From NCBI GenBank assembly GCA_024399035.1, contig JAKSID010000012.1, positions 11,125-75,124 on the forward strand: 64,000 nucleotides of DNA, read 5' to 3'. This DNA is from Fibrobacter sp. Its GTDB lineage: Bacteria > Fibrobacterota > Fibrobacteria > Fibrobacterales > Fibrobacteraceae. Shown here one piece after another: positions 1 through 8,476 of the stretch (its first letter is position 1; each line of letters opens with the position of its first letter). The notes below the pieces were generated by a model. The model was given only the letters and a program-made list of their open reading frames with translations, was not told the DNA's origin and searched no databases. A program made the position numbers and the translations under genes.

Positions 1-484
1 TGAAACCAGCACCTATGGTCTCATGAGCTGCTACAATGTTAAGGCAGTGAATGCCATCCTCAAGGCCAAGAGCCGCTATATCCTTTTCGGCACCCGCTAC
101 GAAGGTCTCAGCGATTCCGAAATGCGCAACAAGTACCTCATCATGGGTTACATGCGCGTCGACAAGATCAAGGATGTCCGTACTCGTCACATTCAGCGCT
201 TCATGGCAAATCCTGAACTCCAGGAACCGGAATGCATGCAGATGGAACACAACTGGGCTGTCTATGGTCCCATGCGCTTTGTCTCCATGAACGATTCCTT
301 CGTTGTTACCGACGAAATCCTCAAGGAATGGGGCTACCGTGGCCATGCTTCCCGCCAGCTCAAGACTGTTTTCCAGAAGGAACACCTGGAACAGATCCTG
401 GCTCACCTGGATTCCAAGGAAGACATGATCGACGAATACATCGCTACCGTCGACGAATACAAGGAAGCTTTGGCCGAAGGCTAA
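1..484 (+). CDS. Hypothetical protein, 5'-truncated by window edge
   Basis: Frame is open from position 2 (ETSTYGLMSCYN...) to TAA at 482-484. Codon usage is typical, and a terminator hairpin follows. Confidence 0.75.
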   Translation, partial: ETSTYGLMSCYNVKAVNAILKAKSRYILFGTRYEGLSDSEMRNKYLIMGYMRVDKIKDVRTRHIQRFMANPELQEPECMQMEHNWAVYGPMRFVSMNDSFVVTDEILKEWGYRGHASRQLKTVFQKEHLEQILAHLDSKEDMIDEYIATVDEYKEALAEG

Positions 485-525
485 TCTGCCGCAAAGCTTG
501 TTTGGCTGCCGCTTCGGTGGCAGCG

Positions 526-560
526 AAAAAAAAGACCGCTTTTCAAAGCGGCCTTTTTTT
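526..560. terminator. Bidirectional intrinsic terminator
   Basis: A-tract, GACCGCTT-TTCA-AAGCGGCC, then T-tract, between convergent genes. Confidence 0.75.
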
Positions 561-595
561 ATGTCTTGCAGGCTGTCATCGCGAAAATTCTGCTT

Positions 596-640
596 GTCAT
601 TGCGAGGGGTCGAAGACCCAGAAGCAATCGAAGCAGGCTC
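596..640 (+). repeat. GTCATTGCGAG-family palindromic (REP-like) element
   Basis: GTCATTGCGAG-GGGTC-GAA-GACCC-AGAAGCAATCGAAGCAGGCTC. Homologous to the elements at 10964-11004, 27967-27994 and 30077-30114. Confidence 0.75.
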
Positions 641-653
641 CGCCCGCGTCTTG

Positions 654-2831
654 TTATTTCTTAACTGCGCGGACCACGCTGCCCTTGCTCTTGAGCAGGT
701 ACATGCCCTGGCGAACATTCAGGCGCAGGCTGCCGTCGTCGTTGAGGGCCTGGCCTCTGATGCCGCTCCACAGCAGGTTGCCGTTCATGTCGAAGAGCTT
801 TGCGTTGGCGGTATTGTCGATGAGGTTGAACTTGTAGCTTTCCTGGATTGCGGTAGACTTGGTGGTGCAGCCGGTGGCTACGATCTTTGCGATGTTGATG
901 CCTTCGGCGTTGCTGTTAAAGGTAAGGGCGGTAGAACCGTTCTGGCCTTCCTTTGTGAGGGGGACTGTAGTTTCGCTCCACTTGGATCCGCTGGCAAGGT
1001 TGCCATACTTGTAGTCGACCCAGCTGGAACCTGCGGCGCCGCCAATGTTTACGTAGGCATTTTCGGTGGTGGTGCTACGCATGGTGAACACCAACTTTTC
1101 GCAGGACTGCAGAGCCTTGGCGCCAGCCTCGCTAATGTTAAAGAGCTGGTTTCTGTAGGAGCATACGCCGGTGGTGTCTGCCTGGTCGCAACCTGCCAGA
1201 GGAACGACTGCGTAACCGCTGACGCCGTCCAGTGCGGTGGTGCTGTGGGTAACTTCGGCAAGTTCTTCGCTCATGGCCTGCCAGGTGGTAACGTCGGTAG
1301 TGGTGGAGTAGTCTACGATCACCACGTCTTCGGAGGGAACTTCAACCGGTTCCACGTAGCTTGCGTCGGAAGTTTCGTCCTTACAGCCGGAGATGGCTGC
1401 GGTTGCGGAGCTCTTGGAGTAAACCAAAGTGGTGATGGAACGTGCCGGAAGAACAGTGCAATCGGCAATGCTGATTTTCTTGCTCTTGGCACCGTTTTCC
1501 TTGGACTGGACTGCAGTGACAATGCCCATATCGGTGATGACGGGATTGTCCAGCTTGATTTCGGTCTTGCCGGTGTTGATGACGATGACAGAAACGGAGT
1601 CGCCGGCAGTGCTAGCGAAGGCCACGGTCTTCAGGCTAGATTCTGCGGTGGTTGCGGAGACGACCTTCCAGCCCGGATTCACGAACTTGGAGTAGTGACG
1701 CATAGCGTGGTATTCCGGGAAGATCTTGATTTCGGTACCTTCGCAAACGAACTTGCCTTCGCCGGTCAGGTCCCAGCCTGCGCCGGGGCACACACCAATC
1801 ATCTGGCTGTGGTAACCGTAGAAAAGTTCCCAGGCGATGTAACCGTTCAAAAGACCGTCGGTAAAGCCGACCTGCATGATGTGGGCGAGGCCAACCATGT
1901 CTTCTTCACGAGGTTCGTCCAGCATGGGGCAGAACTCGGTCATGATAATGGGCTTGTTGCTTGCAGAAACGCTGGTGGCGATTGCAGTCATGGGCTTGCG
2001 GAAGTTTTCCGGGTTCAGGTAGTTGTTGCCGGAGTTGTCGTTGCCATCGCCTGCGTGGTACAGGTGGTAGGCGTAGCCGTCGAGCTTGCTCTGATCCAGT
2101 TCTGCAAGATACTTCTGGAAGTTGTTGTAGCCGATGCCCAAAGGTTCAGGACCCAGGATCTTGGGACGGTTGGACATGCCGTTAAATGCGTCGTAGATTG
2201 CGTTGAGGGCCTGCTTGTAGCCTGCCTTCCTGGATGTTTCCGTGGGGTCGAAGAGGGTTTCTTCGTAACCGGCGAACATGTCCGGTTCGTTCTGGAAGGA
2301 AATGTAATCCGGGGTGATGCCTAATGTGGCGTAGGTTTCAAGGCTCTTCTTCCACCAGTTTGCAAAATCGGTGTAGGCGTAGGCGCCGTACTTGTCGCCG
2401 CTAGCGGTTTTCAGAGATGCCTTGGTGGAGTCGCCATTGGCTGCGTTGCCGTTGACATTGTTGCTGCCCTTGAGACTGCCCGGTGCTGACCAACTGGACA
2501 TTTCGATCTTCATGTGGTCGCCCAGGCGTTCCTTACCGGCCTTGATGATAGCGAGGTCGTCAGCCAAGCTATCCTTGGCGTTAGCCATTTTTCCGTCACT
2601 CTGAAGCCAGTTGCCGATACGAAGGATTGAAAGATTCAGACCGTTGAAGGCGGTATCAAAAAGATCCTTCTGGTCATCATCTGAAAGGTTTGCAATCCAG
2701 TTCTGGTAATAGACGCTGCCGCCGCCAAAACCAATGACGGTCTGCTTTGTTGCAGTCGGATTTACTGTTACCGTAGCTGCAGAGGCAACCATCGCAGAGG
2801 CAAGGGCTGCGGGAATAAGAATTTTTTTCAT
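654..2831 (-). CDS. Secreted GH30 (glucurono)xylanase-type hydrolase with an extra C-terminal module and basic export tail
   Basis: Signal peptide MKKILIPAALASAMVASA; motifs GFGG, SSWSAPG, ISFQNEPD (acid/base), MTEF (nucleophile) and HYSKFVNPG; tail LFDMNG...GMYLLK. GGAG RBS upstream of 2831. Confidence 0.85.
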   Translation of the reverse strand: MKKILIPAALASAMVASAATVTVNPTATKQTVIGFGGGSVYYQNWIANLSDDDQKDLFDTAFNGLNLSILRIGNWLQSDGKMANAKDSLADDLAIIKAGKERLGDHMKIEMSSWSAPGSLKGSNNVNGNAANGDSTKASLKTASGDKYGAYAYTDFANWWKKSLETYATLGITPDYISFQNEPDMFAGYEETLFDPTETSRKAGYKQALNAIYDAFNGMSNRPKILGPEPLGIGYNNFQKYLAELDQSKLDGYAYHLYHAGDGNDNSGNNYLNPENFRKPMTAIATSVSASNKPIIMTEFCPMLDEPREEDMVGLAHIMQVGFTDGLLNGYIAWELFYGYHSQMIGVCPGAGWDLTGEGKFVCEGTEIKIFPEYHAMRHYSKFVNPGWKVVSATTAESSLKTVAFASTAGDSVSVIVINTGKTEIKLDNPVITDMGIVTAVQSKENGAKSKKISIADCTVLPARSITTLVYSKSSATAAISGCKDETSDASYVEPVEVPSEDVVIVDYSTTTDVTTWQAMSEELAEVTHSTTALDGVSGYAVVPLAGCDQADTTGVCSYRNQLFNISEAGAKALQSCEKLVFTMRSTTTENAYVNIGGAAGSSWVDYKYGNLASGSKWSETTVPLTKEGQNGSTALTFNSNAEGINIAKIVATGCTTKSTAIQESYKFNLIDNTANAKLFDMNGNLLWSGIRGQALNDDGSLRLNVRQGMYLLKSKGSVVRAVKK

Positions 2832-2977
2832 CCAAAACTCCTTATTGGATATATTTCGATATACCCATACGACCAAACCGCAATCTAAAAATTTTTGCGA
2901 CCAAAGGTCAAAACGTGAGTTTTAGATAAGAAGAAATTTAATGGCTCGTTCCTTATAACAGAACGAGCCTGACGACA

Positions 2978-3272
2978 AGCATTAGAAAAGGCTCTGGTTA
3001 TTAAACCAGAACCTTTCTCATGCTAAAATCGTCTATCAAGTACGCGTTGTGCTCTAGACGAGAGCTTGGCTGACCGGAGGTTATTTATTAATGAACGAGC
3101 CAAGCGGTATTGCTGTGCTCATTTTGCGTTAGCATTAGAAAAGGCCCTGGTTGTTTTAAACCAGAGCCTTTCTCATACTAAAATCGTCTTTCCAGTACGC
3201 GTTGTGCTCTAGACGAGAGCTTGGCTGACCGGAGGTTCTCTATTAATGAACGAGCCAAGCGGTATTACCGTG
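2978..3272 (-). ncRNA. Two tandem copies (2978-3117, 3131-3272) of a structured RNA-like unit, each ending in a terminator
   Basis: Near-identical direct repeats with period 153 and conserved stems. Differences between the copies in the terminal hairpin give G-U pairs only on the minus strand. Confidence 0.55.
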
Positions 3273-3317
3273 AGCAAAAAGCCCCTGATATCAATCAGGG
3301 GTGTTTGCGAGAGTGAG
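3270..3317 (-). repeat. Short hairpin element (GTGAGCAA...TGCGAGAGTGAG family), likely terminator of the upstream sugar transferase gene
   Basis: CCCCTGAT/ATCAGGGG stem with a U-tract on the minus strand. Its ends match the element at 23182-23229. Confidence 0.65.
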
Positions 3318-3357
3318 TGCTGTCAAATGGACTTTTGTGCATTGTGCACGAACGGTC

Positions 3358-4530
3358 TTAGTAAGCGCCTTCGCCCTTAAACACAACCTTAAAGGTCTTC
3401 AGGATAAGCTTGAAGTCATCGCCCAGCTTACCGTCGCGACGGATATAGTCGTTGTCCAAACGCATCTGGCCTTCGAAGCTAATATTGCTGCGGCCGCTGA
3501 CCTGCCAAATGCAGGTAAGGCCCGGCGTTACAGACAAACGCATACGGTGCCAGGGCTCGTATTCGGCCACTTCGGAAGGAATCGGCGGACGAGGGCCCAC
3601 GATGGACATGTCGCCCTTGATGATGTTGAAGAACTGCGGGAGCTCATCCAGGCTGAACTTGCGAAGGATGCGACCGAAAGGATAGATTCGGGGGTCGTTC
3701 TTCATCTTGAAAGTCTTACCGCCAGTTTCGTTCATTGCCATAAGAGCTTTTTTGCGTTCTTCGGCGTCGGCGTACATGCTGCGGAACTTGTACATGGTAA
3801 AGAGCCTGCCGTTTTTGCCTACGCGGGTCTGCTTAAAGATAACGGGGCCCTTGGGGTCGCTGATCTTGACTGCTGCGGCGCAGAACAAAAGAATGGGGGA
3901 GCACAGGACGATGGCCGCACTGGTGCAGGTCAGGTCCACGATTCGCTTGATCACATGGCGGTAGCGGATCTTGTTGGGGTGCTGCCAAATGTGGTCCAGG
4001 TTCAAGCGCTGCAAGGTAAAGAATGCGCCGTTGGTGCTGTTGAAGTCATCCAACTGGGCCTGCATCTCGAGGTTCGTCTTTTCTTGGGAGCCCATGTAAA
4101 GGTGGGCTTCGAAAATGGGCTTGCGGGGCTTGATTCGCAGGGACTGGATAAGGCCTGCGTCGTTAAGCTTGTGCAAAATTTCTTTGCGGATAGCCACCAG
4201 TTTGTTCATGTCGGAGTTCAGCAAGATAATGCCGATACCGTTGCCATCGGGGAGGTAGCCCAGAACATCGATAAAGCGCAGGTAGGAGAACATGGTGAGA
4301 ATGCTGATTCGCCATGTGTTTTCTACTGTGGGATCGGGGCGGCCCCAGCCGAGAATATCGTACTGGTGGGCGTAAATTTTGATGTAGAGGAACGGCTTGC
4401 GGGTGCGATTGGAACGGAGGAATTCTTCGTTCAGACGAGCCCTGAACAACTTCGCCGGATAGACGATGTTCTTAAGCTTTTGCTCGTCGAGAATGGATCC
4501 AATGGCTGGATTCACAGATTGCTGTTCCAT
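3358..4530 (-). CDS. Polyprenyl-phosphate sugar phosphotransferase with an N-terminal degenerate GGDEF-like region
   Basis: C-terminal motifs KRIVD, FKQTRVG, KFRSM, DPRI, SLDELPQ and MSIVGPRP. The N-terminus LFRARLNEEFLRSNR...IDVLGY resembles a GGDEF fold. Confidence 0.85.
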   Translation of the reverse strand: MEQQSVNPAIGSILDEQKLKNIVYPAKLFRARLNEEFLRSNRTRKPFLYIKIYAHQYDILGWGRPDPTVENTWRISILTMFSYLRFIDVLGYLPDGNGIGIILLNSDMNKLVAIRKEILHKLNDAGLIQSLRIKPRKPIFEAHLYMGSQEKTNLEMQAQLDDFNSTNGAFFTLQRLNLDHIWQHPNKIRYRHVIKRIVDLTCTSAAIVLCSPILLFCAAAVKISDPKGPVIFKQTRVGKNGRLFTMYKFRSMYADAEERKKALMAMNETGGKTFKMKNDPRIYPFGRILRKFSLDELPQFFNIIKGDMSIVGPRPPIPSEVAEYEPWHRMRLSVTPGLTCIWQVSGRSNISFEGQMRLDNDYIRRDGKLGDDFKLILKTFKVVFKGEGAY

Positions 4531-4684
4531 GGGCTCAAATATATAAACTTTTTATTTGCTTGCAAATAGTTTTCTTGGATATGCCACGGGTGTGATTTGA
4601 CTCGCATAGGGGCCTTTTTCAAACGACGGTTTCCCTTGAATTTTCTATTTTTTTACCCGTAAAATTTTAAAATGGAGACGCTAT

Positions 4685-5974
4685 ATGTTGCGTATTGGTC
4701 TTATTGGTACAGGTACCGTCGGTGGCGGTGTTATTCAGATCCTCGAACAGAAGATCGCCGAGTACAAGGAAAAGCTGGGTGTCGAAATGGAATTGGCTTG
4801 CATTTGCGCCAAGTCCGACGAAGAAGTGGCCCCCTACAAGGCAAAGGGTTACAAGACCTCTACCAACGCCGACGAAATGATCGCTTCTAACGATATCGAC
4901 GTTCTGGTTGAACTGGCTGGTGGCTACAACATGCCCCGCAAGTGGATCCTTGCTGCTCTCGAAAACGGCAAGCACGTGGTTACCGCAAACAAGGCCCTTT
5001 TGGCCAAGTATGGTCACGAAATTTTCCCGCTGGCTGCTTCCAAGGGCCTGCATGTGCTGTTCGAAGCTGCTGTTGGCGGTGGCATTCCTATTATCCGCAG
5101 CCTTCAGGAAGGCTTGCTCGGTTCTACCGTCGAAAACCTGAGCTGCATCATTAACGGTACTTGTAACTACATCCTTTCCCGCATGGCTGACGAAGGCCTG
5201 GACTTTGACGTAGTCCTCAAGGACGCTCAGCGCCTCGGCTTTGCCGAAGCTGATCCCACCTTCGATATCGAAGGTATCGACTCCGCTCACAAGACCGCCC
5301 TCTTGGCTTCTCTCTGCAGCGGCCATCGCGTTGACTTCGAAAAGATTCACGTGACCGGCATTTCCAAGATTACCGCCCAGGATATCGCAATCGCCAAGGA
5401 ACTTGGTTGCTGCGTTAAGCTCTTGGGTATCTACCGCCGCGAAGGCGACCGCGTTGACGCCCGTGTTCATCCCTGCCTGGTCCCCATGGACCACCAGCTG
5501 TCCAGCGTCAACCGCGTTCTGAACGCTGTCTACCTCCAGTGCGACAACCTGGGCGAAACCCTCCAGACTGGTGCTGGTGCTGGCCGCCTGCCTACCGCTT
5601 CTGCCGTTGTAGCCGACCTGGTTTCTTTGGCCCGTTCCACCGACTGTGGTTCCCGCAAGGCTCTGCCCATGGGCTGGTTCAACGTCGAAAATTCCGCCAC
5701 CCTGGTTCCTATCTCCGAAACCAGCGCCCGCTACTACCTGCGCTTCACCTCTCGTGACGCTTGCGGCGTTCTGGCTAAGATCACCAGCATCCTGGCAGAA
5801 AACAACATTTCCATCGAGACTATCATCCAGAAGAACGTGAAGGACCCGGGCAAGGTTTCCGTGGTTGTTATCACCGAAAAGACTCTGGATAGCAAGGCTT
5901 CCAAGGCTGTTGACGCCATCGACGCTCTTGCTGAAATCGTTGAAAAGAGCCAGGTTATCCGCTTCTTGGCATAA
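4685..5974 (+). CDS. hom: Homoserine dehydrogenase with C-terminal ACT domain
   Basis: Motifs GTGTVG, VVTANK, FEAAVGGGIP, INGTCNYIL, GFAEADP and GAGAG. Confidence 0.95.
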   Translation: MLRIGLIGTGTVGGGVIQILEQKIAEYKEKLGVEMELACICAKSDEEVAPYKAKGYKTSTNADEMIASNDIDVLVELAGGYNMPRKWILAALENGKHVVTANKALLAKYGHEIFPLAASKGLHVLFEAAVGGGIPIIRSLQEGLLGSTVENLSCIINGTCNYILSRMADEGLDFDVVLKDAQRLGFAEADPTFDIEGIDSAHKTALLASLCSGHRVDFEKIHVTGISKITAQDIAIAKELGCCVKLLGIYRREGDRVDARVHPCLVPMDHQLSSVNRVLNAVYLQCDNLGETLQTGAGAGRLPTASAVVADLVSLARSTDCGSRKALPMGWFNVENSATLVPISETSARYYLRFTSRDACGVLAKITSILAENNISIETIIQKNVKDPGKVSVVVITEKTLDSKASKAVDAIDALAEIVEKSQVIRFLA

Positions 5975-6031
5975 TGAGTATGGGTCGGGGTTCTCCCGAC
6001 CCGCTTTTGAATTTGTTGCATTGGTGAATTT

Positions 6032-7483
6032 ATGATTCGAGCTGCTACATTGGAACGTGCCCTCATTGTCTTTACGGACTTTGTGGCTTTGTCCATTTGC
6101 TTTGGCTTGGCGTTTTGGGTTCAGTTCCACAGTGGTTGGATTGTCGACAAGTACGACCCGACCAAGTCCATTTCGGAATACTACCGTATGGGCCTGGTGC
6201 TGAATATTGGTTGGTTGATTTTGTTCACGGGTGCCGGTCTCTACAGAACCTGGCTCCTGCAGTCTAGAACCCATCAGGTGCTGCGCGTACTCCGTGCCGT
6301 GGCCCTGGGTATCGTGCTGATTATTATCGGCTTGTTCGGCACCGAGTTCATGAACAAGGTGTTTACTCACGAGCCTTTGATTAGTGGTTACCTCTATGGT
6401 TCCCGTTTCCCCTGGATCTTTATCTACGGCGGATTTGCCATGACCTTGGTGATCGCTCTGCGACTGCTGGTTTACGCTGTCCTTCGCGGATTTATGCGCA
6501 TGGGTTACGGCTGTAACAATATCCTGGTGCTTGGCGCTACGGAATCTGGCCGTAAGATTGCCGAGGCTCTGGCCAAGACCCCTGCCCGCGGTCAGCGTGT
6601 GGTTGGCTTTGTGGACGAACGTTTCCAGGTCATTGATCATGAGTTTGCCGGTTTCCCGGTGCTGGGCAAGTATTCTGATTTGCCGAGCTTGGTGAGCAAG
6701 CTTAAGGTGGATGGTATTGTTATTGCCCACGAAAGTAACTCTCCCCAGGAAATTATGCGCGTGCTGGTGTGGCTCTGCGAAAAGCCTCTCCATGTTTATC
6801 TTGTTCCCGAACTTTACGATGTGATTCACGGCCAGTTCAAGGCCAACTTGGTTTACGGTTTTGAACTGCAGGAATTGCTGCCCTTTACCATGCCTCCTTG
6901 GCAGGTTCAGATTAAGCGCTTTATTGATATTGGTTTTGGCGCTTTCCTGGGTCTTTGTTCCTTGCCGGTTTGCCTGCTTGCTGCTATCGCAATCAAGTTG
7001 GAAGACCATGGTCCGATTTTCTATTCCCAGGAACGTATTGGTTTGTACGGTAAGCCCTTTATGGTTTACAAGTTCCGTACCATGCGCACCGATGCCGAAA
7101 AGTTTGGCGCCCAGTGGGCCACCAAGGACGACCCCCGAATTACCAAGGTGGGTAAGTTCCTCCGCAAGACCCGTATTGATGAACTTCCGCAGATTTTGTG
7201 TGTGCTTAAGGGCGACATGAGCATGGTGGGCCCCCGCCCGGAACGTGCCGTGTTCATTGCCAAGCTTCGCGAAGAAATTCCTTTTTATATCAGCCGTCTT
7301 AAAATCAAGCCGGGCCTTACGGGCTGGGCTCAGGTGTGCCATCATTACGATACTAGCACCGAAGACGTAAAGATCAAGCTGAAGTATGATATGTACTACT
7401 ACGAGAACATGAGCCTGTTGTTGGATTTCCAGATTCTCGTGCGTACGGTTTATGTTGTTTTAACAGGTAAGGGAGCCCAGTAA
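6032..7483 (+). CDS. Undecaprenyl-phosphate glycosylphosphotransferase (WcaJ/WbaP-type)
   Basis: N-terminal TM helices, a CoA-binding-like domain, and motifs KFRTM, DPRIT, IDELPQ and SMVGPRP. Confidence 0.9.
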   Translation: MIRAATLERALIVFTDFVALSICFGLAFWVQFHSGWIVDKYDPTKSISEYYRMGLVLNIGWLILFTGAGLYRTWLLQSRTHQVLRVLRAVALGIVLIIIGLFGTEFMNKVFTHEPLISGYLYGSRFPWIFIYGGFAMTLVIALRLLVYAVLRGFMRMGYGCNNILVLGATESGRKIAEALAKTPARGQRVVGFVDERFQVIDHEFAGFPVLGKYSDLPSLVSKLKVDGIVIAHESNSPQEIMRVLVWLCEKPLHVYLVPELYDVIHGQFKANLVYGFELQELLPFTMPPWQVQIKRFIDIGFGAFLGLCSLPVCLLAAIAIKLEDHGPIFYSQERIGLYGKPFMVYKFRTMRTDAEKFGAQWATKDDPRITKVGKFLRKTRIDELPQILCVLKGDMSMVGPRPERAVFIAKLREEIPFYISRLKIKPGLTGWAQVCHHYDTSTEDVKIKLKYDMYYYENMSLLLDFQILVRTVYVVLTGKGAQ

Positions 7484-8346
7484 TGTACGGCGACAATTCC
7501 ACTCCGGTTTTTCCTACAGAAGATGCTTTGACCATGATCCGTTTGGCTTTGGCCGAAGACGTTCGCACTGGTGACGTGACCAGCATGTGGACTATTCCCG
7601 CTGACCAGAAACAGCACGCCCGCTTGATTGCCAAGGAAGATGGCGTTGTGGCTGGCCTCCCCATTATCGAATTGGTCTTTAAGGAAATGAAGGCTAACGC
7701 CACCGTGACCCTCCACAAGAAGGATGGCGACGTGGTGAAAAAGGGCGACCTGATTGCCGAACTGGATGGCACCACTCATGAACTTTTGACTGGCGAACGT
7801 ACCTTGCTGAACTTTATCCAGCAGCTCTCCGGCGTGGCTACTGTGGCCCACACTTTCCAGGAAGCATTGAAGGGCGGCAAGACCAAGGTCTTGGATACCC
7901 GTAAGACTATTCCCGGTTTCCGTACTTTGCAGAAGTATGCTGTTCGCGTAGGCGGCGGCTCCAACCATCGCATGGGCCTCTTTGACATGGTGCTGGTGAA
8001 GGACAACCACATTGCTGCTGCAGGTGGCGTGCTTGAAGCTCTGGCTGTGGTCAAGAAGAATAACACCCAGAACCTGATGGTGGAAATGGAAGTGGAAAAC
8101 TTCGACCAGCTGCGCGCACTTTTGAACAAGGGCGTGGACGTGATTATGTTGGATAACATGAGTAACGAAACCATGGCCGAAGCTCTGAAGATTATCAAGG
8201 AAAGCGGCGACAAGTGCCTGGTGGAAGGTTCCGGCAACATGACTCTGGAACGCGCCAAGGAAATCGCAACTCTGGGTCTGGATTTTATTTCTGTGGGTGC
8301 TTTGACCCATAGCGTAAAGGCTCTGGACATTTCCATGCGTATTTAG
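7483..8346 (+). CDS. nadC: Nicotinate-nucleotide pyrophosphorylase (carboxylating)
   Basis: Motifs ALAED..GDVT, DTRKTIPG, HRMGL, VKDNH, IMLDN and ISVGALTHS. Confidence 0.95.
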   Translation: MYGDNSTPVFPTEDALTMIRLALAEDVRTGDVTSMWTIPADQKQHARLIAKEDGVVAGLPIIELVFKEMKANATVTLHKKDGDVVKKGDLIAELDGTTHELLTGERTLLNFIQQLSGVATVAHTFQEALKGGKTKVLDTRKTIPGFRTLQKYAVRVGGGSNHRMGLFDMVLVKDNHIAAAGGVLEALAVVKKNNTQNLMVEMEVENFDQLRALLNKGVDVIMLDNMSNETMAEALKIIKESGDKCLVEGSGNMTLERAKEIATLGLDFISVGALTHSVKALDISMRI

Positions 8347-8349
8347 GGG

Positions 8350-8440
8350 AGTGGTTAGTAAACAGTGGTTAGTAAACAGGGGTTGCGGGTAATGTTCTTC
8401 TCCAACGGCCCTAGCCACTAACCACCAACCACTAACCACT
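8350..8440. repeat. Inverted blocks of heptamer tandem repeats
   Basis: (AGTGGTT/AGTAAAC)n on the left and (CCACTAA/CCACCAA)n on the right. Confidence 0.7.
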
Positions 8441-8476
8441 TGCAAAAAAAAGAAAACGACTGCAGAAAAAGAGACT

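Noticed and set aside
498-2324. 608-aa plus-strand ORF
   Set aside because: Antisense shadow of the GH30 gene with no recognisable motifs.
2978-3272. Type III toxin-antitoxin array, known riboswitch or self-cleaving ribozyme
   Set aside because: There is no adjacent toxin gene, the units are longer than typical ToxI repeats, and I saw no hammerhead, twister or standard aptamer consensus by eye.
4667-7345. 892-aa minus-strand ORF
   Set aside because: Antisense shadow of hom and the sugar transferase, caused by codon bias.
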